From NCBI GenBank assembly GCA_965215885.1, contig CBDCEW010000104.1, positions 276,301-340,300 on the forward strand: a stretch of DNA of 64,000 bases, written 5' to 3'. Positions 1-9,625 of the stretch are shown here, piece by piece (the first letter of the stretch is position 1; each line of letters opens with the position of its first letter). The DNA is from Candidatus Moanibacter sp. Lineage in GTDB: Bacteria; Verrucomicrobiota; Verrucomicrobiia; Opitutales; UBA2987. Position numbers and translations under genes: made by a program. The notes beneath the pieces were generated by a model, which saw nothing but the letters and a program-made list of their open reading frames with translations, was not told the origin of the DNA and made no database searches.

Positions 1-1
1 C

Positions 2-688
2 GCGATTGTTGGGGGAACGGGACCGCAGGGTCGGGGACTTGCCCTTCGCTGGGCCAGGGCCGGTATCGATGTTCTGGTCGGATCGCGCAATGCGGAACGC
101 GGCAGCCGGATTGGAGAGGAATTGAGGGCGCGGGTGGAGACCGGATTGGGTTCTGTTTCAGGTATGTTGAATGAGGAAGCTGTTAGAGCTGCTGATAAGT
201 TTGTCGTAATCTCTGTTCCTTATGCAGCCCACAGGGCAACCCTTGAATCGATAAAAAGCTATCTCTCGGGGAAGATTCTTGTCGACGTGGTTGTACCGTT
301 AGCAGAGGGCAATCCGAAGAAGGTGGTGATGCCCATGGAGGGGTCGTCGACCGAAGAAGCGCAGGCCATACTGGGTGATGAAGTGCCCGTAGTGGGAGCT
401 CTCCATAACGTCTCCGCATACGTTCTCGGGCGATTGGATCTCCCCATCAATTGCGATGTTCTTGTGTGTGGGAATGACAAATCGGCTAAGGATGGTGTAA
501 TCGAGCTTGTAGAGAAACTGGGAGTCACAGCTTATAATGCCGGCTTGGCGGAAAGCGCCCGGGCGGTTGAAACCCTCACAGCGATCCTCATCCGTTTGAA
601 CATCTCAAGAGCCTATTCCTTTAAACACGCAGGGATCAGGATCTGGCCGGAGAGGAATTTGTCGGACCTTAACCCGGAAATGTTCTGA
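2..688 (+). CDS. npdG: NADPH-dependent F420 reductase-like oxidoreductase (5' truncated by window)
   Basis: Frame is open from base 2: [24 protein letters not shown] Rossmann start, then [24 protein letters not shown] and the LT..L..LN C-terminal motif. Confidence 0.85.
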   Translation, partial: AIVGGTGPQGRGLALRWARAGIDVLVGSRNAERGSRIGEELRARVETGLGSVSGMLNEEAVRAADKFVVISVPYAAHRATLESIKSYLSGKILVDVVVPLAEGNPKKVVMPMEGSSTEEAQAILGDEVPVVGALHNVSAYVLGRLDLPINCDVLVCGNDKSAKDGVIELVEKLGVTAYNAGLAESARAVETLTAILIRLNISRAYSFKHAGIRIWPERNLSDLNPEMF

Positions 689-700
689 GATTTCCGGGTT

Positions 701-1025
701 TGGAGCCTGTTGGACTTTGGCGACTGGGCAGGTTTACTCCGTTTCCAGTGTAAAACAAGCCTTGCGCTCTTATTTTACATTTAACAAAAATGTAAAATAA
801 AACCTAGGCTCTACTCTTCCCTGCGAGTACGTGTTTAGCGCTATTTGACGCTGCCCAGGCACAAGGACCGGGGCAGCCAGCAATCGAAGGTATGACGCTG
901 AACAGGTACCACGGCTTGCCGGGATTAGGAAGATGTCTGTGGTCGAATCCCGCCGCAATGCACAGAAACACTCGGAGAGCGGAACGTTTCCAAGAATCTC
1001 GAAAGCTAAGTCCGACAGATTTCTA
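701..1025. mobile_element. Putative MITE / IS remnant bounded by imperfect inverted ends
   Basis: TGGAGCCTGTTGGACTT (701) versus reverse complement of AAGTCCGACAGATTTCTA (~1008-1025); non-coding between convergent genes. Confidence 0.4.
770..800. repeat. AT-rich perfect palindrome, 13-bp arms, AACAA spacer
   Basis: TTATTTTACATTT-AACAA-AAATGTAAAATAA; related copy at 50477-50509. Confidence 0.85.
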
Positions 1026-1188
1026 GCACGGACATTTCACAAACCATCTGCTGCGATCCCGGCAAGCCGGAACGACCTCAGAGGGTCAAAACACGCTTGT
1101 CGCCCGCCGGACTGCGTAAAGGCTTTGATACGCAGTCCCAGCAGGCCGTGACAGTCTCGCTACGAAGTGTGTGAAATGTCCGGGCTAG

Positions 1189-2952
1189 CTACATTCGCTC
1201 GAGGGTCTCGAGTCCGAGGAGATGAAGTCCCGTTTCAAGAATTGTGAGGGCGCGGGCACAAAGCATGAGTCGGCGATTGCGAGTAGGTAATTGGTCGACG
1301 ATGACCTTGTCTGAATTGTAAAAAGTGCTGAAGATACCAGCTAATTCGTAAAGGTAGGTAGAGAGGTAGTGAGGGCGCAGGTCGGCGGTTGCCTGATTAA
1401 GAGCGGTGACGAAGCCGACTATTTTCCGGGCGAGGGCAATTTCGTTGGCGGATTCGAAGTCCGAGTCAGATTCTGAAAGGTCATAGGGATCGATGTCGGC
1501 CTTGCGAAAGATGCTGTGTATGCGAGCGACAGCGTAGAGGAGGTAGGGAGCCGTATTTCCCTCGAGGCTGAGCATCCTTTCCCAGGAGAATTGATAGTCG
1601 CTGGTGCGGTTTTGCATAAGATCGGCATAACGAATGGCACCTAAACCGACCGCTTTTGCCACTCGTTTTCGCTCCTCCTCGCTCAGTTCCGGGTTCTTCT
1701 CCGTTACTACACGGAAGGCTCTTTCGACGGCTTCGCTGAGGAGGTCCTTGAGCTTTGTCTCTGAGCCTTCCCGAGTACTTATGGCTTTCCCTTGTTCAGC
1801 AAGTATTAATCCGAAACTGACATAGTGAAGATTGGGAATTTCGCTTTCCCTGGCTTTAAACCACTTTTGGGCGGTCAGAAAAAGCTGCTCGAAATGGTCA
1901 GACTGGCGCGAATCGACGACGTAAATGATCTCGTTCGCGACAAAGTGCTCGGCTCTGTAAAGGAGAGTGGCAAGATCGGAAGTGTTGTAATTGGCTGCTC
2001 CATCGGAGTTTCGTATGATAAAGGGCTGGTCCCGGAATCGCTTATGTTCAGGGTGGAAAACCACGAGGGCGCCTTCGCTTTCCACGGCGATGCGATATTT
2101 TGAGAGTTCTTCGTAAACCGTGTCTACTTTGTCGCGGTAAAAGCTCTCTCCGAGGACTTCGTCAAAGTGGATATTCAATTGTTGGTAAATCTCTTCAAAA
2201 GAGCGATAGCTGATGGCGTTGATACTCTCCCAGATCTTCAGGTTCTCCGGGTCCCCACGCTGGAGCTTGACTCTCTCATTACGGGCCACTTCGAGAGCTT
2301 CGGATTCATTTATCGTAAGGTCGTAACCCTCTCTATAGAGTTCCTCGATTGTATCAATGGAAGCATGGCGAATTCGAGAGTGATCCCATTTACGGCGTTT
2401 TATAGCCATAATGAAGATTCCGAATTGTGTTCCCCAGTCGCCGATATGATTGTCCCGAATCACCCTGGCTCCGCAGAATGAGAGCAGCTGATGGATTGCT
2501 TCTCCTAGTACCGTGGAACGGATGTGGCCGACGTGGAGTTGCTTTGCCGTGTTGGGGGAGCTGAAATCTACTACAACTGTCTTCCCACGGTAAATCTGCT
2601 CAGCGGCGTCTCTCAGATCGGTTTCGGTTTGGTATTTTTGGAGCCATTCCGTAATAAAAGCGGGAGTCAGCTGAAAATTAATGAAACCCGCACCCGCCAC
2701 TTCAAAGGAGAGATAGTCGGGATTGAGACATTCTGTCTCACTCAAGGACCTGCAGAGGTCTAATGCCGCCTGTCGCGGGTTGATTCTGTTTCTCTTCGCA
2801 TAGGGAAGGACCCCATTAGCCTGAAAATCGCCGAAACGAGGGTCCGCGGGGCGAATTGCGGGATCGAAGCTCTCATCGAATTGAGGAAGGGAATGGGCGG
2901 CGGTCGCCACAGCTTTGTTGAGTTCGAGGGCGATATTGAAACAGATTTCCAT
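1189..2952 (-). CDS. argS: Arginine--tRNA ligase
   Basis: FGDFQAN, VVDFSSPN..K.LHVGH (HIGH), DNHIGDWGTQFG, GNTAPYLLY, C-terminal LERM; ATG at 2952 preferred over the ORF-track start at 2997. Confidence 0.97.
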   Translation of the reverse strand: MEICFNIALELNKAVATAAHSLPQFDESFDPAIRPADPRFGDFQANGVLPYAKRNRINPRQAALDLCRSLSETECLNPDYLSFEVAGAGFINFQLTPAFITEWLQKYQTETDLRDAAEQIYRGKTVVVDFSSPNTAKQLHVGHIRSTVLGEAIHQLLSFCGARVIRDNHIGDWGTQFGIFIMAIKRRKWDHSRIRHASIDTIEELYREGYDLTINESEALEVARNERVKLQRGDPENLKIWESINAISYRSFEEIYQQLNIHFDEVLGESFYRDKVDTVYEELSKYRIAVESEGALVVFHPEHKRFRDQPFIIRNSDGAANYNTSDLATLLYRAEHFVANEIIYVVDSRQSDHFEQLFLTAQKWFKARESEIPNLHYVSFGLILAEQGKAISTREGSETKLKDLLSEAVERAFRVVTEKNPELSEEERKRVAKAVGLGAIRYADLMQNRTSDYQFSWERMLSLEGNTAPYLLYAVARIHSIFRKADIDPYDLSESDSDFESANEIALARKIVGFVTALNQATADLRPHYLSTYLYELAGIFSTFYNSDKVIVDQLPTRNRRLMLCARALTILETGLHLLGLETLERM

Positions 2953-3171
2953 TTTGAATAGTAAGGAGGCTGTGGTAAATTGACCTGCCCCTATCACAGG
3001 GACACCCGAAGCCCTTGCAATAGAAGACGTTACGCTTTTCGAATAGGCTCCGAAAAGAGCGATTTAGGGCCGGTGGGACCAAAAAAGCTCGACATTCCTT
3101 TTCTTAATGACCTAATAATAAAAGGCTTACGCTCTTAGTTGCCTGTTTGATGGGATTAGAATCTGCCGACC

Positions 3172-4506
3172 ATGAGGAAGAAATATATATCCCCACGTAA
3201 GTTCATCAAGCCCTCGTTTGCCTATTTGATTGAAAAGAAGCGAGATGGCGGTGAATTTTCCCAGGAGGAAATTCGATATATCGTTGATTCGGTGATGGAC
3301 AAGCAAATGCAGCAATTCCAATTAGCCGCGATGGCCATGGCCATCTATTTTCAGGGGATGTCTGCGCAGGAGACGGCCACATTGGCGGAAGAGATGATGT
3401 TGTCCGGGGAAGTTATCGATTTGTCCAAAATCACGAAACCAAAGATCGATAAATACTCAACCGGTGGAGTTGGTGATAAGACATCCCTGGTACTAGCGCC
3501 GCTTGCCGCAGCCTGCGGAGTGGTTATGCCGATGATGAATGGAGTGGACGAGGAATTTGTTATTAGCAATCTGGATAAATTATCGGCGATTCAGGGATTT
3601 AATAAATCGATGGATCTCGAACAGTTTGTGAAACAGCTGAAAACGGTCAACTGTGCTATAATCGAACAGGATCCGCTGATCGCGCCGGTCGATGAAATTC
3701 TCTACAAGATGCGACAGAAGACGGCGACGATTCCGAGCCTGCCTCTCATTACGGGAAGCGTCCTAAGCCGTAAACTCGCTCAGGGCGCCGAGGGTTTGGT
3801 TATCGATGTAAAATGGGGAAACGGATCCTTCATAAAAGAAATCGAGCAGGCAAAACAGCTGGCGAGGTCAATTACGCGGGTGGGGCGTTCCATGAAGCGA
3901 CGCTGTGTCGCTCTTGTGACGGATATGAATCAGCCATTGGGAGATTGCGTGGGCACAGGGTTGGAGATAAAGGAAGCGATCGAGTTACTTAAGGGGGAAG
4001 GTCCCGCGGATTTGCAGGAACTAGTGTTGAAACTGGGAATGGAGATTGTCCGATTGGCCGGTGTGGCGGGATCCACGTTGTCGGCTAAACAGACGGTGCA
4101 GCGTCATTTGAGCGACGGATCCGCTCTGGGCCGATTTAAGCAGATGATTAAGGCCCAAGGAGGTAAGGCGTCGCTAGTGGACAATCCGGAGGAATTTCCC
4201 AAGGCTAAATACATACGCAAGTTGCCCGCTCCTAAAAGGGGATACGTGCATACGATTAATGCGGGTATGATCGCTCGAGGGGTACAGCTTCTCGCCCAGA
4301 ACAGAAGAGGAAAGTACGATCCGGCGGTTGGGGTATCGGAAATCAGAAAAGTTGGCACGCAAGTAAAACAGGGTGAACCGCTGATGATGATTCATTACAA
4401 CGATGAAGTTCGACTTGAAAGTGCCCTGGAGTATCTTCGCTCGGCCTATCGTCTCGCACCGAAGCGCCCGAATCCTCCGCAACTCATCGCGGAGAGGGTA
4501 GCTTAG
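3172..4506 (+). CDS. Pyrimidine-nucleoside/thymidine phosphorylase homologue with degenerate active site
   Basis: IEKKRDG, DKYSTGGVGDKTSLVLAP, DVKWGNGSF, TDMNQPLG and PYNP C-terminal domain; catalytic motifs altered (see findings). Confidence 0.85.
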   Translation: MRKKYISPRKFIKPSFAYLIEKKRDGGEFSQEEIRYIVDSVMDKQMQQFQLAAMAMAIYFQGMSAQETATLAEEMMLSGEVIDLSKITKPKIDKYSTGGVGDKTSLVLAPLAAACGVVMPMMNGVDEEFVISNLDKLSAIQGFNKSMDLEQFVKQLKTVNCAIIEQDPLIAPVDEILYKMRQKTATIPSLPLITGSVLSRKLAQGAEGLVIDVKWGNGSFIKEIEQAKQLARSITRVGRSMKRRCVALVTDMNQPLGDCVGTGLEIKEAIELLKGEGPADLQELVLKLGMEIVRLAGVAGSTLSAKQTVQRHLSDGSALGRFKQMIKAQGGKASLVDNPEEFPKAKYIRKLPAPKRGYVHTINAGMIARGVQLLAQNRRGKYDPAVGVSEIRKVGTQVKQGEPLMMIHYNDEVRLESALEYLRSAYRLAPKRPNPPQLIAERVA

Positions 4507-4649
4507 GAATCTTATAGTAGCTCCAGGTTATTCATCCAAGGGGCCGAGTGGAGCCGCAGGAAAAACTCGGCGAGGCCCCTTTGTGAATAACTTGGCCGAT
4601 CAGTGGTTGGCGATGGGTCAAAGAGTTTGTTTGGCTAAGGGTGCAAATA

Positions 4650-4816
4650 TTCAAAGGCAGCCGTCCACTACGAACTTAGGAATCAGTCCGAAGAGGACTT
4701 CCGACAGAATTTCGAGTGGACGGCCTGCCTGGATGACCGAAAACGAACACTCAGTTTACATCCTCATAACAGGATCCAACTATAAGGACTTCGCCTGGAC
4801 ATCCAGTGCCTTTGAA
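4650..4816 (+). ncRNA. IS110 bridge RNA core (target-binding and donor-binding loops)
   Basis: Two stem-enclosed internal loops carry TTAGGAATC/CCGACAGA (target guides) and CTCAGTTTAC/ACTATAAG (donor guides); TTCAAAGGCA/TGCCTTTGAA can close the region. Confidence 0.85.
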
Positions 4817-4849
4817 AAAAGCAAAAAGACAAACTAAAGGAACAAAGGG

Positions 4850-6160
4850 ATGCAGAAAAGGGAAAAAACAAATCGATATAGTGTGGTGATAGGAATTGAT
4901 TGGGCGGATCAGAAAAACGATCTGTGGATCATAGAGAGCGAAACGGGAAAAGGGACCCATCGACAGGTGGCGCAGGATGCGGTCAGCTTGCACGAATTTG
5001 CCGTAGAGATGAGAGAAAAGTATGCCAGCGTGGGCAAGCGCATGGCCATGGTGGTGGACCAGAAGCGAGGAGGGTTGATCAACTTTCTGATGGGCTTGGA
5101 GTTTGTCGATATCTATCCAGTGCATGCGGCCAGGGCGAAGGATTATCGCCGGGCGCTGTATCCATCAGGGGCCAAGAGCGACCCGGTCGATGCGCAAATA
5201 CACGCGGAGTTTTTCCTCAAACATCCCGAGCTTTTTACCAAATGTTTCATACCTGACACGGCCCAAACACGGGAGCTGAACCTGTTGTGCGAGGACCGCC
5301 GTGGATTCGTCGATCAGGCTACCAGCCTCGAACAGCAGTTGGGCAGTTGTCTGAAGCAATATAACCCTTTGGTCTTGAAATTGTTCGATGATCTAGGCAG
5401 TGGCCTGTGCCTGCACTTTATATTGCGTTGGCCGACCCTCAAGAAGCTGCACAGAGCATCGGAGGGTGTCTTGCGAAAGTTCTTCTATAAGCACAACTGT
5501 CGCAGTGACGCCAAAATCCAGGAGCGTCTCGAATTGATCGGTAACGCACGAGCCTTGACCGAAGATGCAGCCATCATTGAAGCATCCAGCAGAAAAGCAC
5601 AGACGTTGGCCGGACAGCTTTTGACCCTGTGCCCGCAGATCAAAGCGTATGAGAAGCGTATCAGGGAGCTATTCAGAAGCCATCCCGATGCAGCCGTGTT
5701 CAGTGGCATTCCCGGAGCCGGCGAGGTCATGAGTCCCCGGTTGCTGTGCGCGTTCGGGACCGATCGTTCGCACTTCGAAACGGCCCAGAACATGACCCAG
5801 TGGAATGGATCCGCTCCGGTCACGATCAACAGCGGGCAGGACAAAAGAACCGGACAACCGAAACGAATGGTCAACTGGCGGTGGGCGGCTCCTACCTTCG
5901 TGCGGCAAAGTTTCGTTGAATTTGCCGAACATTCGATCCGAAACTGTGCCTGGGCAAAGGCCTTTTACCAGATCAAAAAAGAACAGGGCAAACCCCGCCA
6001 AACCATTCTTCGTGCCCTCGCTCTCAAGTGGACCCGCATTCTGTTTCGCTGTTGGCAAAATAGCGAACGCTACGATGAGCAAAAGTATCTCCAATCGCTC
6101 CAACGCACCGGTTCACCGGTGTGGAAAAGACTTCAGCAAGCAAATGCCAACGCCTTGTAA
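4850..6160 (+). CDS. IS110-family recombinase/transposase
   Basis: N-terminal IGIDWA, AKSDPVDA (RuvC-like DEDD), IPGAG, G.AP....SG catalytic-Ser motif, ALRALA-like C-terminus. Confidence 0.95.
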   Translation: MQKREKTNRYSVVIGIDWADQKNDLWIIESETGKGTHRQVAQDAVSLHEFAVEMREKYASVGKRMAMVVDQKRGGLINFLMGLEFVDIYPVHAARAKDYRRALYPSGAKSDPVDAQIHAEFFLKHPELFTKCFIPDTAQTRELNLLCEDRRGFVDQATSLEQQLGSCLKQYNPLVLKLFDDLGSGLCLHFILRWPTLKKLHRASEGVLRKFFYKHNCRSDAKIQERLELIGNARALTEDAAIIEASSRKAQTLAGQLLTLCPQIKAYEKRIRELFRSHPDAAVFSGIPGAGEVMSPRLLCAFGTDRSHFETAQNMTQWNGSAPVTINSGQDKRTGQPKRMVNWRWAAPTFVRQSFVEFAEHSIRNCAWAKAFYQIKKEQGKPRQTILRALALKWTRILFRCWQNSERYDEQKYLQSLQRTGSPVWKRLQQANANAL

Positions 6161-6271
6161 ACACAACATGAGAAAAAACTCAAAAAATCCCTTGACGGAC
6201 TACCTCAGTTTTCTGTCGGTCTATACTGAGTCGGAATGTCGCTCTGTCACGGTGAAATGTCCGGGCTAGCA

Positions 6272-6829
6272 TCAGGTGCGTCCCAGATAGGAGCCGTCGG
6301 AGGTACTGACTTTGATGACATCGCCTGTTTTTATAAACAGGGGCGTCTGAACGACGATTCCGGTTTCGGTGGTGACTGGTTTAAGGGCGGCACTGGAAGT
6401 GTCACCTCGGACGGCGTCGGGTGCCTCCGTTACATTCAGTTCCACTGCTGAAGGGAGCTGGATCTGGACCGCCTGGTCTTCGACAAAGAGCACTTCGTAA
6501 AAATTGCCTTCGGAGAGGAATCTCCTGGAGTTCTCGATAAGTTCCTCGTTGAGAACCGTGTCCTCAAACGTCTCCGGGTTGAGAAAGTGGTAGCCCTCTT
6601 GATCGAGGTAGCTGAATTCTAATCGCTGCGTGTCGGTGACGAGGAATCGCACGGAATCGGTGTTGCGAAATTTCGTGGTTGTGGTGGTGTTTGACTGGAG
6701 ATTGCGCATCGTAACCTGGACGAATCCGGCCTGTCGTCCCTGGGTTCGATGAATCATATCGAGTACGAGGTGAGGCACGCTATTATAGTCTAGCACCTTT
6801 CCTTTACGAATTTCGGTTGGTGAAGCCAT
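6272..6829 (-). CDS. efp: Elongation factor P
   Basis: [14 protein letters not shown] loop (Arg at the tip), [22 protein letters not shown]....G.YLGR. Confidence 0.97.
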   Translation of the reverse strand: MASPTEIRKGKVLDYNSVPHLVLDMIHRTQGRQAGFVQVTMRNLQSNTTTTTKFRNTDSVRFLVTDTQRLEFSYLDQEGYHFLNPETFEDTVLNEELIENSRRFLSEGNFYEVLFVEDQAVQIQLPSAVELNVTEAPDAVRGDTSSAALKPVTTETGIVVQTPLFIKTGDVIKVSTSDGSYLGRT

Positions 6830-6950
6830 CGTTTATTCCTTAACATGGTTTCTGCGCTTTACAATCTCTGACTTAACCCGAATATTTCACACACTTCGTC
6901 ACGAGACGCTCGGTAGTGAAATCTTCGGGTTAGGGACACGAGTTGACGGC

Positions 6951-8291
6951 ATGAAACAAAGAACAATTCTGCGGGAAGCCTCGATAAAGGGTAGGGGGCT
7001 GCACACAGGGGAAGACGTTCGTCTTTCCATCAAGCCGGCTCCGGAAAATCATGGAGTGGTGTTTCAGCGCATCGATCTTTACGGAAAGCCAAAGATCAGG
7101 CCGAATGTCGATGTAGTTTCGGATCTGGTTTACAATACGGGAGTTACCTTCGGACACGCCAAGCTGCATACAGTGGAACATGTGTTGAGCGCATTTAACG
7201 GGGCGGGAGTGGATAATGTCCTTATCGAAATCGATGCAAGCGAGCCACCGGTGCTCGATGGTTCCGCCAAACAATATGTGAAACTTATCGAGGAGGCAGA
7301 ACCAGCGGAGCAGAAAAAGGCTCGGCGATTTGTCGAGCTGGAGGAACCTATATCATTCACCGAAGGGAGCAGATCGCTGATTGCGTTGCCCTATGATGGA
7401 CTCAAGGTTACTTGCACTTCTTCTGATAATCGCGGAATTCATACCCAACATCTCTCCATCGAAATTGATCCGGAATCTTATGTGACTGATATCGCACCTG
7501 CCCGGACCTTTGCGATATATGAAGACATCGAAGAATTGCTGAAATTGGGAAAGATTCGCGGGGGAAGTCTTGATTCGGCGATCGTGCTTAAGGGTGACAG
7601 GGTAATATCGAAGGAGCCTTTACGATTCAAGGATGAGTTTGTCCGCCACAAGATTCTCGATATACTTGGGGACATCGGTTTGCTCGAATTTCCTCTCAAA
7701 GCCCACATAGTTGCGGTAAATCCCGGGCACGCCCTGAATTTCCAGCTTACTAAGGGTCTCCATGACCGTTACAACGGCGAGAGACGGACAACAAAAGCGA
7801 AGAAAAAAAAGCCGGTGGAAGCAGCAGCTGTAGGGCCGACGGAAACACAGCTCGATATCAGGCGTATCCTTGATATCCTGCCCCATCGCTATCCATTAGT
7901 CATGATTGACCGGGTGGTGGAGATAAAAAGCGAGATGGAACTCAAGGCGATAAAGAACGTATCCATCAATGAGCCTTACTTTCGAGGGCACTTTCCGGGC
8001 CGCCCCGTAATGCCGGGGGTATTACAGATAGAAGCGATGGCACAGGCGGCTGGGATACTCATGTTGAGGCATGTGGCAAGTGAGGGGAAAGTGGCCTATT
8101 TTATGAGCTGCGATAAAGTAAAGTTACGGCAGCCGGTTGTTCCGGGTGACCAACTTGAAATCGACGTCAAGATAAACAAGATGCGCGCAAAGAAGATCGC
8201 GACCGCTTCCGGCACCTGCAAGGTGGGGGGAAAGGTAGTGTCATCAGCCGATCTGATGTTTTCAATCTTGGATGCACCGGAAGATACTTGA
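6951..8291 (+). CDS. lpxC-fabZ: Bifunctional LpxC deacetylase / FabZ dehydratase
   Basis: [39 protein letters not shown] (LpxC); [26 protein letters not shown] (FabZ). Confidence 0.97.
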   Translation: MKQRTILREASIKGRGLHTGEDVRLSIKPAPENHGVVFQRIDLYGKPKIRPNVDVVSDLVYNTGVTFGHAKLHTVEHVLSAFNGAGVDNVLIEIDASEPPVLDGSAKQYVKLIEEAEPAEQKKARRFVELEEPISFTEGSRSLIALPYDGLKVTCTSSDNRGIHTQHLSIEIDPESYVTDIAPARTFAIYEDIEELLKLGKIRGGSLDSAIVLKGDRVISKEPLRFKDEFVRHKILDILGDIGLLEFPLKAHIVAVNPGHALNFQLTKGLHDRYNGERRTTKAKKKKPVEAAAVGPTETQLDIRRILDILPHRYPLVMIDRVVEIKSEMELKAIKNVSINEPYFRGHFPGRPVMPGVLQIEAMAQAAGILMLRHVASEGKVAYFMSCDKVKLRQPVVPGDQLEIDVKINKMRAKKIATASGTCKVGGKVVSSADLMFSILDAPEDT

Positions 8292-8420
8292 ACCGCGGTG
8301 CCCTTTTGTTGAATAGCCCGCTTTTCGTGATTGGCGAGCAGCAAAGTGTTGGGGAAAGCATATTGCCTCAAGCGAATCTTCGGAAATCTGTGAGAAAAGC
8401 GGGCTAGGAGGACAGCGAAA

Positions 8421-9197
8421 GTGGCTACGGATATTCACGGCACCGCGGTTATTGAAAAGGGAGCGGAATTAGGTGAGGGGGTTGAAGTTGGCGCCCATGC
8501 CTATATCGGTTCGCGGGTGAGATTGGGGGATGGGTGTATCGTGCATCATCACGCCTCCGTGGAGGGCAATACGGTTTTGGGGAAGGAGAATGAAGTCTTT
8601 CCCTATGCGTGCATCGGGGGAAGGTCACAGGATCTAAAGCAAGCGGGCGGAAATCCCGGTTTATTGATCGGAGACTCGAACATATTTCGAGAGTGCTGCA
8701 CCGTGCACACGCACAAGGAAGAGGGCAAATTCACTAGAATGGGATCTCACAATTATTGCCTCGCCTACAGCCATATCGCGCACGAGTGCGAAATCGGAGA
8801 TCATTTTGTGTTGGGGCACAACAGCACCCTGGGAGGGCACATGATAGTGGGAGATTACGCGGCTACGGGCGGGCATGTAGCGATACATCCATTCTGTCGA
8901 TTGGGTCGCTACTCATATATCGGCGGATGCTCAAAGGTGGTGCAGGATGTCCCTCCCTTTATGCTTGCCGACGGCAGCCCGGCGGAAGTGAAGACAATCA
9001 ACAAGATAGGTCTGGATCGTGGAGGTTTTTCGGAAGAAGAGATTAAGAGTATGCGTGAAATCTATAAGATTCTCTACCGGGAGGGATTGAATCGGTCCCA
9101 GGCGGTTCAGAAGTTGATGAATTTGGAATGTGGAGAGTCAGAAAGCGTGCGCGTGGTTATTGAGTTCATTGAAAATAGTGAACGAGGAATCGCTTAA
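8421..9197 (+). CDS. lpxA: UDP-N-acetylglucosamine O-acyltransferase
   Basis: Hexapeptide repeats, QDLK, SHIAHEC, QDVPPF; follows lpxC-fabZ. Confidence 0.96.
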   Translation: MATDIHGTAVIEKGAELGEGVEVGAHAYIGSRVRLGDGCIVHHHASVEGNTVLGKENEVFPYACIGGRSQDLKQAGGNPGLLIGDSNIFRECCTVHTHKEEGKFTRMGSHNYCLAYSHIAHECEIGDHFVLGHNSTLGGHMIVGDYAATGGHVAIHPFCRLGRYSYIGGCSKVVQDVPPFMLADGSPAEVKTINKIGLDRGGFSEEEIKSMREIYKILYREGLNRSQAVQKLMNLECGESESVRVVIEFIENSERGIA

Positions 9198-9250
9198 GAG
9201 TCCGCTTTTCTCACGAATCCCTTTGAAGCCGTTCGGCTGATCGGAATCGT

Positions 9251-9281
9251 GGATTGCTTCGTCGTTCCTCCTCGCAATGAC
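9251..9281. repeat. REP-like palindromic repeat GGATTGCTTCGTC..CTCGCAATGAC
   Basis: Copies at 52511-52541 and, partial, at 54450-54473. Confidence 0.75.
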
Positions 9282-9625
9282 AGGGCTTTGTTTGGGGATC
9301 CCGCTCAGCTGGTTCGCATTCTGTCTTTAGGATGCTAAGTCCGACTGATTCCTGGTAGCCTGTCGGACAATGTATCTAAGAAATTCGCTCTTCCGTCGTT
9401 AGTTATTGGTGACAGAACGGAACATCTAGTGTATATAGAGACAGAGAAAGTAAAAGTGATCCGCCGTAGTTGTGCTGAGCGGGACATCCATCTTCATTCC
9501 GCCGAGACCCTGAGCTCGGGACTTCACTGCAAAAGGATGGCCAGGCAAAGTGCGGCTACCTCCGGAAAATGCACCGGAGTTTGGAACACATGTTGGCATA
9601 GTCCTCTCTCAGCTGAATAGGATAG

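Larger units (their letters stand above)
4511..6214 (+). mobile_element. IS110-family element copy 1 (1704 bp including both CT cores)
   Basis: Near-identical inverted copy at 48016-49719; no TIRs; flanked TAGGAAT-CT...CT-GTCGG. Confidence 0.92.

Noticed and set aside
4505..4510. AGGAAT and GTCGG shared by both IS110 copies as part of the element
   Set aside because: Better explained as conserved target sequence; guide matches and the 17-nt promoter spacing place the ends at the CT cores
4583..4837. 84-aa ORF upstream of the IS110 recombinase
   Set aside because: Overlaps the structured bridge RNA; no recognisable protein features
6951..8291. LpxC-FabZ fusion as a novelty
   Set aside because: Established fusion in Bacteroidota and several other phyla
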